A DNA stretch of 64,000 nt. Source: Octopus sinensis. Its lineage: Eukaryota. Within the stretch, counting starts at the first letter, position 1; each line of letters opens with the position of its first letter. The stretch is from the NCBI RefSeq assembly GCF_006345805.1, contig NC_043003.1, forward strand, positions 10,664,001 to 10,728,000. Direction: 5' to 3'. Shown here in pieces: positions 27,401-42,740 of the stretch. A program made the position numbers and the translations under genes. Under the pieces are notes generated by a model. The model saw nothing but the letters and a program-made list of their open reading frames with translations, searched no databases and was not told where the DNA came from.

Positions 27401-27928
27401 TATGAACCAGCAACATACACAAGAGGGTATTTGATTCACTTGACAATACTATATCCTGACCACCACCACGACCACCACGACCACTACCACCCCTTAGATA
27501 CAGCTAATGCCTTGTCCAAAATAATCAATAACATTTTCGTGCTTTAAGAGGGTTCTTCGTTGATGCTCCAAGGCTGCAAATAAATACAATATTTGTATAA
27601 CTTCCATAAAAACAGCTTGGCTCCATCCTTTTATAAAAATTTCATATTCCCACCTGGAATTGGATTTCTGCAGCAACTTTTGTTGTTGCTGCAGATGTTG
27701 TTGTTGTTGTTGTTGCTGTTGTTATTGTTGTTGTTGTTGTGCCTCTTATTGTCGTCCGTGTTGCTCTTCTGTTTTACAGAATAGACAAATATGCAATGTT
27801 AAAATGCAAATGCCTCCTGCTACCGTGTAGCACCTTGAGCAAGTATATCTTCTACTATAACTCCAGGCTGATAAATGCCTTGTGAGAGGATTTAGTACAT
27901 GGAAACTGTGCGGAAGCCAGTCATATAC

Positions 27929-27969
<41 letters not shown>

Positions 27970-28477
27970 TGCATGTGTGCGTGCATCATCATCTGTATTA
28001 TTATTATTATTATTATTATTATATTATTATTATTATATTCATTATCATCATTATCATCACCATCACCATCATCATCATTATTATTTTATGTTTGACTTTT
28101 GCTTTGTATTTGTACAAGTTGACTCCAAGTCTCACCCAGAGACCTCAAGAGACAACAAGTTAGAAGTTCATGTTGGTGTTATGCCTAGGGTGTCGTATAT
28201 TTGGTTTTGCACAGAGTATTGTTTTAGAGAATGTTTAAGAAACCATAAGAAAATTATGTTTGTTTTAAAATTTGAGATTACATAGAAAGTAGTTTGCATA
28301 GGATATGCGCAGTTCCCATGAGCACTATCTTTTGAATTTCTGCCATTTTGGGGTTTCATGGTATCTGAGTTAGGTTGCAATCAGCCCCTTTTGCTATCAT
28401 CATCATCTTCATTATTATTATTATTATTATTATTACTATTATTATTACTATTATTATTATTACTATTATTATTATTA

Positions 28478-28514
<37 letters not shown>

Positions 28515-28736
28515 GGCAGCAAGCTGGCAGAATCATTAACACACTGGATAAAATGCGTAGTGGTATGTCGCCCATCGCTACATTCTGAGTTCAAATTCCA
28601 CCGAGGTCAACTTTGCTTTTCATCCTTTCGGGGGAAATAAATTAAGTACCAATGAAATGCTAGGGTCAGTGTAACCGACTCATTCCCTTCTCCAAAATGG
28701 CTGCCCTAGTGGCAAAATTGGAAACCATTATTATTA

Positions 28737-28769
<33 letters not shown>

Positions 28770-29227
28770 GTGGCAAGGTGGCAAAAGTGTCAGCACACTT
28801 GGCAGAAAGCTTAGCAGCATTCCATCCAACTTTATGCTCTGAGTTCAAACTCCACCAAGGTCAACTTTGCCTTTCATCCTTTCCAGGATGATAAAATAAG
28901 TTGGGTACTAGGGGGTCGATGTAATCGACTATACCCCTCCCCAAAACATTTCAGGCTTTGTGCCTTTAATATAAAGGATTGCTTATAGCCTTATCTCCTT
29001 CAAGTTCCACTGTTAAAAACGATTTATTTCACATCTCTCAAAGTTTCTATATTCTTACAGTGTCAACGACTTGCTGAGTAGCCATTACTGGAAAAAGTCT
29101 TTTAATCCTGGCCATCTTTTGTTGGTAGGAATCTGGGTCACCACTTATGAGTTCCATTTAATGTTGTGGGCCATGGATGATCCTTTTTATTTTTCCATGC
29201 TGTATTCAAGGTAATCCGTCAGATCAG

Positions 29228-29400
29228 GGATCTTGTCACAGGCTGATGGGATCTGCGTCATAGGCTGATGGGATCTGCGTCATAGGCTGATGGGACTTAC
29301 ATCACAGGCTGATGGGACTGCATCACAGGCTGATGGCACCTGCATCATAGGCAGATAGGTCCAGGGATCTGGGGATCTCACTACAGGCTGATGGGACCTG
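29228..29400. repeat. 22-bp minisatellite, ~6-7 diverged copies
   Basis: aggctgatggg recurs at 29240, 29262, 29284, 29306, 29327 and 29349. Confidence 0.85.
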
Positions 29401-29759
29401 CTACTGGTACCATGAAAACCAATACTTGTTTTATAGTCAAGCGGTCAGCTTATTCACTTGAGTAGCTGGCTATTCTTCAGAGGAAAATGCTTGGACACCC
29501 AGCAGCACTAAAAACAACACTTGTCGAAGGACAGATGAGCTCCTTGTGGCCAAACAGACATTCAGTTGGGGAAGGTATAGGCAAAACACCTTTCTGCCAA
29601 GATAGCACTAAGAGAAAATCAGAATGAAGTAACGCTTTGGCTTCTTCTGATGGAAGAACTCACACTTAACCAAGAAGACTTTCATTGTAGTCTTATTAAT
29701 ATGTTGCAAAAAGCATGCGATACACGATGACAATAGAAGGTAGAAATTAAAATTCACAC

Positions 29760-30360
29760 ATATGAGACCATAACCCGTGGCCTCTGCCAGTGGTGTAACC
29801 AGCCCACTTATGAGCACCCCTCATTCATTGAACAATAAACTTTGCTTGCGAAGACCTGCTGAGGCAACTGAAATCAAAATCAAAATCGCTGATGTGGCTG
29901 ATAACAGTACCGCCTGATTGGCACTCATGCCAGTGAAACATTAAAAGCACCATCCGAGCATGATTGTTGCCAGGGTCTTTGATTGGCTCCCATGCCGGTG
30001 GCAAGTAAAAAGCACTATTTGAGCATGATCGTAGCCAACATTACCTTACTGGCACATGTAAAACAACATTCAAGCATGGTTGTTGCCAGTGCCGCCAAAC
30101 TGGCTCCCGTGCAGGTAGCACATAAAAACCACCTTTTGAGCATGGTCATTGCCAGAACCGACTGACTAGCCCTCGTGCTGGTGGCACATAAAAGCACCCA
30201 CTACACTCTCAGAGTGGTTGGCATTAGGAAGGGCAACCACCTGTAGAAACTTCACCAGATCAGATTGGAGCTTGGTGCAGCCTTCTGGCTCGCCAGTCCT
30301 CAGTCAAACCATCTAACCCATGCCAGCATGGAAAGCAGACATTAAACAACGATGATGATG
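29760..30360 (+). mobile_element. RTE 3'-UTR-only copy (family C); representative
   Basis: Matches the LINE 3' UTR at 20961-22700 and ends in (GAT)n. Similar copies at 185-570, 1145-1580, 5300-5740, 5985-6200, 25985-26770, 31650-32045 and 53700-53900. Confidence 0.82.
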
Positions 30361-31037
30361 ACATTGTCTGATGAATGGGAGCTAACAACATATATGACAG
30401 TTGCGAATCTTTTCCCTTTTCAGTCGTGAACTAAGCTGGTGATTCTATTAACCATAGTCCAGTAGCTGCTCTTCTTCCTACTAAAATCAATATATGACAT
30501 TTTCGTCTACTTATCTCAGCCAAATGGTAGGCTTAAATGGTGTTATTCCTAAAGCTATTTCCTCAGAATATTTTCCATAGACGTTTGCCATCAACAGGGA
30601 CAGCTGGGAATCAATAATGGTCAAACCTCTCTCTTGGAATTATGTTGTTTATACAAAGAGTCGATATTTCATTTGGGTTATCTACCAGAATAGCATTCTT
30701 CAGGAACTGGTTATATATTCAGTCGGGCCAGAGCTATAGCAGAAGACACGTGCCTCAAGCGTTGCACAATGGAGCTGAACCCCAAACCACAGGGTTACTA
30801 AGAAAACTTCTTAACCACACAGCCATATATATATTTTTTTTATTCTTTTATTCTTTTACTTGTTCCAGTCATTTGACTGCAGACATGCTGGAAACATCTT
30901 TAGTTGAAGAAATCAACTCCAAGACTTATTCTTTGTAAACCTAGTACTTATTCTATCGGTCTCTTTTCACGAACCGCTAAGTTACAGGGATGTAAACACA
31001 CCAGCATCAGTTATCAAGCAATGGTTGGTGGGGGAAA

Positions 31038-31072
<35 letters not shown>

Positions 31073-32056
31073 CAATTAATAAGAAAAAAGGAAAAGGAAA
31101 AACAACAACGCAAGGACAAAGCACATTCAAAGTATTAATAAGATGCTCAGAGAAGGAAAAGAGTGGTTGTTTTATATTTTGAGCAAAGTTCTTCATCAGA
31201 AATAGGAGACAGAGAAGAGTCCAAGAGAAAAATAGACAGAGGAAAAAAGTCACTAACAATTCACATTTTGGAATCATATATGTATATGACGGGCTTCTTT
31301 CAGTTTCTGACACCAAATCCACTCACAATGCTTTAGACAGCCCAAGGATATAGTAGGAGGCAACTACCCATGGTGCTGTACATTGGAACTGAACCCAGAA
31401 CCATGTGGTTGGTAAGTAAGCTTCTTACACCACATCCACTACTGCACCTGTAGATATATACATATATATGTATATATATGTATATGCACATATATATGTA
31501 TATGCATATATATATATATATATAATATATATATATATATTATATATATATATATGTATATGCATATATATATGCATATATATGCATATATATGCATATA
31601 TATGTATCTATATACATATATATATATGCATATATATATGCATACATATCGAAATCGAAATCGAAATTGAATCGAAATTGAACCAATCCTATGACTGGCA
31701 CTCGGCAGATGCCAGGACCCCTGGAGTGGTGGTACGTAAAAAGCACTATCCGAATTGTGGCCAATGCCAGCGCCGCCTCGACTGGCTTCCGTGCCGGTGG
31801 CACGTAAAATGCACCAATCCGACCGTGGCTATTGCCAGCCTCGCCTGGCACCTGCACAGGTGGCACGTAAAAAGCACCCACTACACTCACGGAGTGGTGG
31901 CGTTAGGAAGGGCATCCAGCTGTAGAAACATTGCCAGATCAAGACTGGAGCCTGGTGCAGCTTCTAGCTTCCCAGATCCCCGGTTGAACCGTCCAACCCA
32001 TGCTAGCATGGAGAATGGACGTTAAACGATGATGATGATGATGATATATATATGCA

Positions 32057-32110
<54 letters not shown>

Positions 32111-32229
32111 GTATAAATATTTTCAATTGCAAGTGCAACACATTTTTGGTGCCATACATTTTGTTGTTGTTGTGGTGTTGTTAACTGTTCTTTTTTCTGT
32201 GTTCTCCACAAAATTTAGCCTATCTTCAA

Positions 32230-33423
32230 CATGCATCATTGTCTCTTAAAACTTCCATCCACCTCTCTCCTTCATCACCCATTACCTCCATCAACACCAC
32301 CACCACCACCACCATCACCACAATCACCATCACCGACAACAGCCATACACCTTTTGCAGTCTTCCCTGTACCTCACCTGGCCTCCCTACCCACCCACCCA
32401 CCCCGTACACCTATCATATATGGTGTGGTGTCGTGTTCCCTTCAATAACCCTTTGCACCTTTTACACTCCACCCTCTCCCTCCTTCTACCTCCACCATCA
32501 TTGTATATCTTCTTCCTCTCCACACAGCCATACTCTCTCTGTCTCTCGCTCTCTCGCTCTCTCCCCTCAACCATACACGTACATGTATGCATACACACAC
32601 ACACTCTCTCTCTCTCTCTCTCAGCTTCCCTCTCTTTCTCTCTGCACAACTACACACACATGCATGCTATCTCTTTCCTCTTCTTTCTCTCTCTCTCTCC
32701 TTCACTCCATACACATGTAGCACACACACATGTAGCACACACACGCACACAAACACACACACATGTAGCACACACACACACATGTAGCACACACACACAC
32801 ACGCACGCACACATGCATACTCTCTCTCTCTCTCTCACTCTCTCTCCATACACATACACACACACAAACATACACTCTTTCTCCCCCACAGCCATACACA
32901 CATGCACACACGTGCATACACACAGGCATACACTCTCTCTCTCTCCCATACGCACACACAGACACACTCTTTCTCTCTCTTTTTCTCCACAACCATCATA
33001 CTGTCTCTCTCTTTCTCATACCCCATAATCACACACAAACACACACACAAACACACACACATACATGCAAACTCTCTCTCTCTCTCTCTCCTGCTAACAC
33101 ATTCTCTCCTCCTCCTCTTCCTCCTCCTAGTCATACACCTTCCCCATACTCCCTCTACCTCCTACCACCACCACCACCACATAACCCTGTCATCTTCCTT
33201 TTTTCCCTTCTTTCCATACATTTTTTCCTTCCTCTTCCTCATTCTCCTTCACTAAACATACAAACCATTCTTTCTTTCTCTCGGTCTGTTTTCCTTCTCT
33301 TTCTTTCCCTCTCTCTTTCTTTCCCTCTCTCTTTCTTTCCCTTCACAGCCATACTCCTTCTTTCTCTATCTCTCTTTCTTTCTCTCTCTCTCTCTCTCTC
33401 TCCACAATTGTATTCACACTCTT

Positions 33424-33461
<38 letters not shown>

Positions 33462-35055
33462 CAATTGTATTCACTCTCTTTTTCTCTCTCACTCTCTCTG
33501 TCTCTCTGTCTCTCTCTCTCTCTTTCACACACACACATACTTTCCCTCACCTACACCCTCAAATAACCCCTTCACTAACTACCTCTTTCTCCCTATTACC
33601 CACCCTCTCTCCCTCTCCTCCTCAATCTCCTTCCCTCCCTCTCTCACACGCACATACACATTCTTCTCCTCACCCCCACACTCTATTAACCCCTTCACTA
33701 CCTCACTCCCTATCACACTCTCCCTCTCCCTCCTCTCTCTCTCTCCCTCAGACTCCCAGATCCTTCTCCTCACCCTTCACCCTCCAATACCACCCCTTTC
33801 TCAATCACCCCACTCTGGGCCCTCACCACAATTCCTTGTCCTCCCCACACACCCCACATCAACAACCTGCTATGGCAGTGGGGGAGAGGACTTAGTCTCT
33901 CACACACATACACACATCTTTCTCTTCTTCCCCTTCAGCCATCACCACTATCATCACCATCATCCTCGTCATCATTATCGTTATCATCATCATCATCACC
34001 ATCACCAGCACCGTCATCATCATCACTCCATCATCACCACCACTGCCACCACCACCATCATCAAACATCACCATCATCATCTTCAACACTGCTCATATGC
34101 TCATCATCATCATCATCGTCATCGTCATCATCATCATCACCACCATCATTATCACTTCACTACTGCAACCATCACCCACACCCACTGCCACCACCACCAC
34201 CCCCAACATACATATACTGTTGCCGCTTTAATTTTTTTTTGTCTTTGTAGTTGTTGTTGTTGCTGTTGTTGTCACCTTCATCAGTGACATAACCCCCCCC
34301 CCGGCCGACTCCATCTCCTCCTCCCTCTCTCCCTCCCTCCATCCCTCCCTCTGACCCACATATTTCCCCCTCTTGTATTTCTTACCTCCTGCTGCTCCTC
34401 TTCTACTCTGCAAAAACCATATCGCTCCTCCCACTCTCACACTCACACTCACACTCTCTCTCTCTCTCTCTCATCTCTCATCCATGACCACACACACTCA
34501 CACACACTCACGCTCGCGTGCCTCCTCCTTCTACTCCTCCTCACCCCTCCTCCAACCACCACCACCACCACCACATTTCATCATGAACTAACAACAGGAA
34601 ACAATTTATAGAGCAATCATATTAGGTAAGAGCCTGCCATTCATTCATTCTCCCTTCCTTCCTTCCTTCCTTCCTTCCTTTCTTTCTTTCTTTCTTCCGA
34701 TTCTGGTTGTTCTTGCTATTGTTGCTGTTGTAGAAGAAATGGTATGGCAGAGAGAGAGAGACAGAGAGAGACAGAGACAGAGAGTGGGGGGTGGGAAAAA
34801 GGGAAAGAGAGCCAACAGGCAAGTTAGTGGCGAAGGACCCCCCACCCCCACCCCAGCACCCACACACACACCCGGGTGTGGAGGTAGGGGTAGGGAATTG
34901 TTGTTGCCATGGAAGCACTTGTACCAAGGGACCTACAAGCCTTGGTAAACATTGACAAAAATTACATAAACACAATAGACTATATACGTGTGTGTGTGTG
35001 TGTATGTGTGTGTGTGTCAGTGAGTGTATGTGTGTATGAAGTGTGAGTATATATA

Positions 35056-35092
<37 letters not shown>

Positions 35093-35096
35093 GCAT

Positions 35097-35143
<47 letters not shown>

Positions 35144-35177
35144 TATATATTATATATATATATATATAACATATGTA

Positions 35178-35218
<41 letters not shown>

Positions 35219-35374
35219 GTATCTGTATATATATATATTATATATATATATTATATATACACATATGTATCTGTATATATATTATATATAGTATATATAT
35301 ATACACATAGTATCTGTATATAATATATATTATATATATATCTATTATATATATATACATATGTATCTGTATAT

Positions 35375-35407
<33 letters not shown>

Positions 35408-35506
35408 GTATATGCATATATATCTATATATTTATAAATATATATATATATATATATATACATGCATGTATGTATGGATGTATATGTATGTATGTGTATA
35501 ATATAA

Positions 35507-35545
<39 letters not shown>

Positions 35546-35950
35546 AATGACAGACAGGAGAGACTCAATGTATGGGTGGGTGGGGGTGTTTGTGTGTGTC
35601 TGTCTGTGTGAAGTGTGTGTGTGTGTATGTATAACTATATGTGTGTGTGTCAATGAGTGTATGTGCATGTGAGTGTGTGTGTGTATATATAAACACACAC
35701 ACACACAAATATATATAATTGACAGAGAAGGAGAGACTCAGTGTGTGGATGCATGTGCATGGCTATGTATGTAAGAGAGGAAGATTTAAAGTATACGAGG
35801 GGGAGAGGGGGAGAGAGATGGTGAGTGTGTGTGTGTGTGTGGTGTGTGCGCGTGTGTGTATACAAGCGAGAACGAGGGAGGAAATGTATGTGTGTGCGTG
35901 AAAGGGTGCATGTGTACAAGCGAGAGTAAGTGTATAGACATGTGTATGCA

Positions 35951-36002
<52 letters not shown>

Positions 36003-36246
36003 TGTGTATGCATGTATGTACATGTATGAATCAATGTGATACAGTCGTAATTGACTATACACACCACCGAAATTTAGGAGCCCCTGTGCCTCTGTTAAAA
36101 ATCAATATACACACTTATATATACATATAATTGTATATTCATATATGAATGTATGTATGTATATGTACATATTATGCACAGATGCGTATGACGATAAAAC
36201 GTGAGTTTATACATATGTGTGTGTGTGTGTGTGTGTGTATGCGTGT

Positions 36247-36285
<39 letters not shown>

Positions 36286-36850
36286 CATACACAGAAAGAG
36301 AGAGAGAGAGGGGGGGTGTAAAGAGGTAGATAGATGGATTAGTTGATACATGCACAGTTTGTGTACATACTAATCTGTGTATATTTGTACAAATGTGCTT
36401 CTAGAAAGGGGTGGATTTACACACACACACACACACACCACATACACTCTCACACCAGTATATAGATGGAGTGAAAGGTAGACAGCTATTCATGTATATA
36501 CGTTCACAAGAACATAAACACACATTATCATGCGTTTGTGTGTGTGTGCATGCATACACATACATCCATTTATATACATATGTACACACATATATATATA
36601 TATATATATAAATAAGCATATAAATGCATGTATGTTCATGTGTGTGTATGTATGTATACATAGATAGCTATATAGATATATATGTATACACATATATACA
36701 AATGCACACATACATTCATGTATATATATATATAGATATATAGATATATATATATATATATTATATATATATATATATATGTGTGTGTATGTATATATAT
36801 ATGTATATATATAAACACACACACCTGCTTATATTTGTGTAAACATACAC
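32230..36850. repeat. ~4.6-kb mosaic of (CT)n, (CA)n, (TA)n and CAT/CAC simple repeats
   Basis: Almost no complex sequence across the interval. Confidence 0.85.
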
Positions 36851-36989
36851 AACACACACAGTGTGTATGTTGTGTTGAAAAAGAGAGAGAGAGAGAGAGG
36901 GACCCAGATCCAAAGAAGAGAGGATATATATACATTAAAACAGTTCAAACAAGAGTTAACTACTGCTATCCAACCCTTTACACATTCGC

Positions 36990-37600
36990 CGCTGCCACCC
37001 ACCACGACGACCACCACCACCATCAGCACCATCGCCATTACTACCACCATCATCATAATTACTACCACTACCATCACCACCATCACCACCACCGTCACCA
37101 CCATCATCATCATCACCATCAGCACCACCATCACCACCATCACCATCACTATCATCATCATCATCACCATCATTATCACTATCACCGTCACCACCATCGT
37201 CATCATCCTCATCACTTTCACCACCACCACCACCATCACCGCCACTACCACCACAACCATCATCATCCCTACCACCATCACCACCACTGCCACCATCATC
37301 ATCATCATCCGCATCACCACCACCACCATCACCACCACCACCATCACCACCACCACCATCACCACCACCACCATCACCACCACTACCATCACCACCACTA
37401 CCACCACCACCATCATCATCCCTACCACCATCACCACCACTGCCACCACCATCATCATCATCCGCATCACCACCACCACCATCACCACCACTACCATCAC
37501 CACCACTACCACCACCACCATCATCATCCCTACCACCATCACCACCACTGCCACCACCATCATCATCATCCTCATCACCACCACCACCACCAGCAACTAA
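36990..37600. repeat. Compound CAC/CAT microsatellite with internal block duplications
   Basis: Recurring atcatcatccctaccaccatcaccaccactgccacc blocks. Confidence 0.9.
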
Positions 37601-38100
37601 TCTCAGCTACCATTCCTACAATTATTCTTCCAATAGGGGGGTGGGGAATAAGAATAAGGGTGGAGAGAAGGGCTCAGGGTGGGAAATTCAAGGTAAAGCC
37701 GAATGCACCAAAGTGAAACATCATACATTTTGCATGTGTTGTTTTGTGTTGTTTGCTTGTTTGCTTTTATGCTGTTTTTTTTTTAATGTTTGGTTTGCAC
37801 TGAGATTTCCTTTGAAGACGCTTCTAACGAAGAATCGGAAACATAAAACTTAAGAAATATATAAATAAAAGACAAAGAAAGTCTATGAAATGAATTAAAT
37901 TTAAAATGAGAAAAATAGAATTAGAATAAATAAATAAAAATTTTGAGTGTGGTGGTGTGAGTAAGTGCTTTGCAAGCCCAACCGTGTGGTCTTGAGTTCC
38001 GTCCCAGTTAGCAGCAGCTTGGGTAAGTGTGCTCTGCTATAGTCCTGGGACCAACCAATGCCTTGTCAGTGGATTTCGTAGTTGGAAACTGGAAGAAGAT

Positions 38101-38146
<46 letters not shown>

Positions 38147-38377
38147 TGCGTGCGTGTGTGTGTGTGTGTGTGTGTGTGCGTGTGTGTGTGTGTGAGAGAG
38201 AGAGAGAGTGAATGTGTGTGAGTGTGTGAGAATGTGTGTGTGTGTGTGTATGTTCGTGTGTGTGTGTTTGCGTGAGTGCATGAGAGTGTGAGAATGTATA
38301 TGTGTGTTTGTGTGTGTGTGAGAATGTGTGTATGTGTGAGAGAGTGTGAGAATATGTGTGTGTTTGTGTGTGTGAGA

Positions 38378-38414
<37 letters not shown>

Positions 38415-38449
38415 TGTGTGTGTGAGAGAGAGAAAGAGAGAGTGAGAGA

Positions 38450-38765
38450 TCAGATGTAGTTTTGTGGTCTGAAAAGACAAGGAAAATAATCTTGATGGAG
38501 CTTACAGTCCCATGGGAAGTAGGGTGTGATCAGGCCCTTAAATAGAAGTGAGCCAAGCATGAGGACCTTTAAGATTGCATGGAGAAGGAATGGCAGTCAT
38601 GGCTCTCTCCCCAGTCAAGCTTGACTGTAGGGCATTCCCTGCCTAGTTGGTATGAAAGATGTTTACAGCCATTGGGGTGAGAGGAAAAGAGCAAAGGGTC
38701 ACTGTGCGCAAGATGGGAGAGGCATCTGAAGGCACCTCTAGTTGGTTATGGAGCAAGAGAAAGGA
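38450..38765 (+). mobile_element. Degraded restriction-like-endonuclease LINE fragment (R2 group, HERO-like)
   Basis: SDVVLWSEKTRKIILMELTVPWE...K..L...C..KEW...PVKLDCR...SSWLWSKR, with stops and a frameshift: a PD-(D/E)xK-type endonuclease C-terminus. Confidence 0.75.
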
Positions 38766-38807
38766 CTTAAGCTGGAAACCAGAAAGAGACGATGAGCAGT
38801 GATTTGG

Positions 38808-39173
38808 CCACCTCAGTTCTTTGAACCACTTCTTCACTACAGCTTTCAATTCCTTGTCACTGAAATAATGTTTGCCTCTCAAACCCTCTTTCGTGGCGCC
38901 AAAGAGGTGATAGTCTGAAGACGCTAAATCTGGTGAATGTGGAGGTAGTGAAGAAGTGGCTCAAAGAACAATCAACAGAATTTTACAGGGCAGGGACATA
39001 TGCTCTCATTTGAAGGTAGAACATTGCTATTGAGAGAATCGGTGACTATGTTGAGAAGTAGGGATGTGACTCCACAGAGGACCAGCTTCATTTTGATACA
39101 TGATACATGTTCCTGTGTTGGTTATTATACCTGTCCTAAACAAAATGGTTTAATTTTTTGACTCACCCTCGTA
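38808..39173. mobile_element. Mariner transposase remnant with internal inversion
   Basis: Minus strand 38808-38939: HSPDLASSDYHLF...LRGKH...VKKW. Plus strand 38940-39060: VVKKWLKEQSTEFY...GDYVEK*, then a TIR-like end ...gactcaccctcgTA. Confidence 0.75.
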
Positions 39174-41929
39174 TATCGTGGATTCCTCAATATATCCAGG
39201 TTTCTGCGGTCAATCAGTATTTATATTTTTTGAGATTTTAATTATTTCTGTGGGAGGTTTTGGCATGTAACATCCGCAACAGTCGAGAGATGATTGTATA
39301 AGAAATTTGCAACACAGGACCAGAAGCAGTCTCAGGTAGGTTGGTATCAAAAATATATAATGTTTTTCAGAATGATGGAAAATTGTTACCAAAAAGGGTT
39401 TGTCCCTTACATCACCATTTCAGTAACTGGTATGTAAGATCTATATTTCTCTAACAAAATGATTAAGTTTTCAAAACTTAATGAATACTTAAAGTCAAAT
39501 AATGCCAGCCAATGAAAAACAACAACCCTTACTGGGCATTCAAGGTCCAACATAATCTTTTCTACTCGAGACATAAGACCTGAAATTTTGGGGAGTGGGC
39601 CAGTCGATTAGATCAACCCCAGTACACATCTGGTACTTAGTTTATCAACCCCGAAAAGATGAAAGACAAAGTTGACCTCAGTGGAATTTGAACTCAGGAT
39701 GTAAACACAGAAGAAATACCGTTAAGCATTTCACCCAGCATGCCAAAGTTTCTTATTTCCTTATAGCCCACAAGGGGCTAAACAAAGGGATTAAGTCGAT
39801 TACATCGATCCCAGTGCATAACTGGCACTTAATTTATCGACCCTGAAAGGATGAAAGGCAAAGTCGACCTTGGCAGAATTTGAACTCAGAACGTAACAGC
39901 AGACAAAATACCTCTAAGCGTGCTAACATTTCTGCCACCTCGCCGCCTTATTCAAGGTCCAACATAATATAATATGAATATGTTACATCCAGCACTAACA
40001 TCAGAAGACCAAATATGCAAGGTCGAACAACACTTAACAACTAAGGTTAACACATCACAAGACATTTAAGGTCACATTTTCAAGGTCACTCTTTCAAATA
40101 TGATACCAACCTCAAGTTTGATTTTATATGACTGACAAAGTCAGATATTACACCATTCTGAAAGTTTAAGCTAGTGACCCATAAGGGCAAAGATTCATCA
40201 ATGTCACATTGACCTCGAATCTATACACCAAAGGTCATACTGCATTTCCCAAGGTCAAATATTGTACCGTTCTGAAAGTTTAAGACATCAGTGACCTTCA
40301 AGGTCAAAAACATCATTGAAGGTCAAATGTCACACTGCACACAAATCCACTTAGCATTAAACTCACATTGCTATCAAATATCTTACAGAACTCCCCAGGT
40401 CAAATATCACACTGTTTTCAAAGTTTAAGAAAAATAATGACCTCTCAAGGTCAAAGTTTTGTCATTAAAGGTCAAATGATTCTCTGCGCTCAAATCTAAT
40501 CACGACTCAACTCACAAAGTCAAACCATACATTGATATATATGTTTAAAATAAACAATGGCCCTCAAGGTTAAATCTTCAATAACAAAAGTCAAGCAATA
40601 CCTGCACATTTTGTCAAACCCACACTTGGCATTTAACTTCTAACACATTGTTTGATATTAAAACAATGAAATTTACCAGACAATCAAAGTCATCAAAAAC
40701 TGAGCACAAAAAAGGGTACTCAACCCAAAAGCTCAATTAATATTAGGGTGCAAATATCAAATAGTAGTTTGAAATACAGAGGAAAAATATGTATGCCTGC
40801 ATGTATGTGTGTAAGTATGTATGTATGTGTATAAGTATGTATGTATGTACGTATATATGTATGTATGTATGTATGCATGTATGTATGTATGTGTGTAAGT
40901 ATGTATGTATATATGTATGTATGTTGTATGTATGTATGTATTTGTATGCTTATATATGTTTGTATGTTTGTGTGTAAGTATGTATGTATGTATGTATGTA
41001 TGTGTTTGTATGTGTTTGTATGTTTATATATGTATGTAAGTATGTATGCCTGCATATATGTGTGTAAGTATGTATGTCTGTATGTATTTATGTATGTATT
41101 TGTATGTTTATATATACATGTTTGTATGTTTGTGTTTAAATATGTATGCCTGCATGTATGTGTGTATGTATGTATGGTTGTATGTTTACTACACAAAGGT
41201 AACTATCATTCAAAAGAGGTCACTCGTTAGTCAACATACAGCATCTCACACTACACGATAAATATTCAGTACTCAAGTTACTCAACTTCTTAATGCTCAA
41301 TTTCCCATTACTCAATATTCAAAGTCACTTTTTATTCAATACTAAATTTCATCTTCCATTCAACAGAGAAGGTCACATAATTCTTGACATGCAAAGCCAA
41401 CCTCTAATCGACATTCAATAACACATCCACTTCAAAATTCAAAGTTACTCACTACTCAAGATTCAAGGTCATCCACCTCTTATGATTCAAAGTCAGTCTC
41501 TTTTCAAGATTCAAGGTCACTCATTCCTCTAGATTCGAGGCCACTAATTTTTGAGGTCTCAAGGTCAAACACTTAATTAAGGTTACCCACTTCTCAAGGT
41601 CCAAGGTCACCCAATCATCTAGAATCAATGTCACCAGCTTCACAAGACTCAAATTCACCAGTCTTCCAAGACTCAAAGTTAGCCAAATATCAAGATTCAA
41701 GTTCACTGGCTTCTTAACACTCAAGGTCACCCACTTCCCAACCCTTAGGTTACTTACTTTCAAAGCTCGAAGGTCATCCATGTCTCAAGACTCAAGGTCA
41801 TTTTCGAAGACTCAAAGTCATCTATTATCCAAGATTCAAGATCACCAACTTTACAGGACTCAAGGTCACCTAAAGTCACCCACTATCTAAGACTCAAATC
41901 ACTTGTTTCTCAAGACTCAAGGTCACTCA

Positions 41930-42740
41930 TTCTTCAAGACTTAAAGTCACTTCCTAAGACTGAATGACACTTCCTAAGACTCATTGTCACTTCATAAGAC
42001 ACGATGTCACCCATAAGATTTAAAGGTCGCTTCCTAAGACTCAAGGTCGCTTTCTAAAACTCAATGTCACTTCCTAAGACTTAATGTCACTTCCTAAGAT
42101 TCAAGGTCACTTCCCAAAAACCAAGGTCACTTCGTAAGACTCAAGGTCAATTCCTAAAACTCAAGGTCGCTTTCTAAAAGTCACGGTCACATCCTAATAC
42201 TCAAGGTCACTTCATAAGACACAATGTCACCCCTAAGATTCAAGTCACTTCCTAAAACTCAATGTCACTTCCTAAGATTCAAGGACGCTTCCTAAAACTC
42301 AATGTCACTTCTTAAGATTCAAGGTCACTTCTCAAAAATCAAGGTCACTTCGTAAGACTCAAGGTAACTTCCTAAAGTTCAAGGTCACTTTCTAAAAAAT
42401 CAAGGTCACTCACTAAAACTCAAGGTCACTTCATAAGACACCATCTCACTTCCTAAAATTCAATGTCACTCCCTAAGATTCAAGGTCGCTTCCTAAGACT
42501 CAAGGTCACTTCCTAAATTTCAATCTCACTTCCTAAGTATCAAGGTCACTTCCTAAAACACAAGGTCACTTCGTAAGAGTCAAGGTAACTTCCTAAAACT
42601 TAAGGTCACTTCCTAATACTCAATGTCACTTCCTAAGACTCAAGGTCACTTTCTAAAACTCAGGGTCACTCCCTAAGATTCAAGGTCGCTTTCTAAGACT
42701 CAAGGTCCTTTCCTAAGACTCAAGGTCACTAACTTCCCAA
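41930..42740. repeat. 20-bp minisatellite (tcaaggtcacttcctaagac) with degenerate flanks
   Basis: Clear 20-nt period, e.g. line 42181. Confidence 0.93.

Noticed and set aside
39262-39345. Minus-strand peptide ASGPVLQISYTIISRLL resembling the RLIG1 middle exon
   Set aside because: No ELIG/NGNPY motif, no good splice sites, and the true exon is at 54514-54617.
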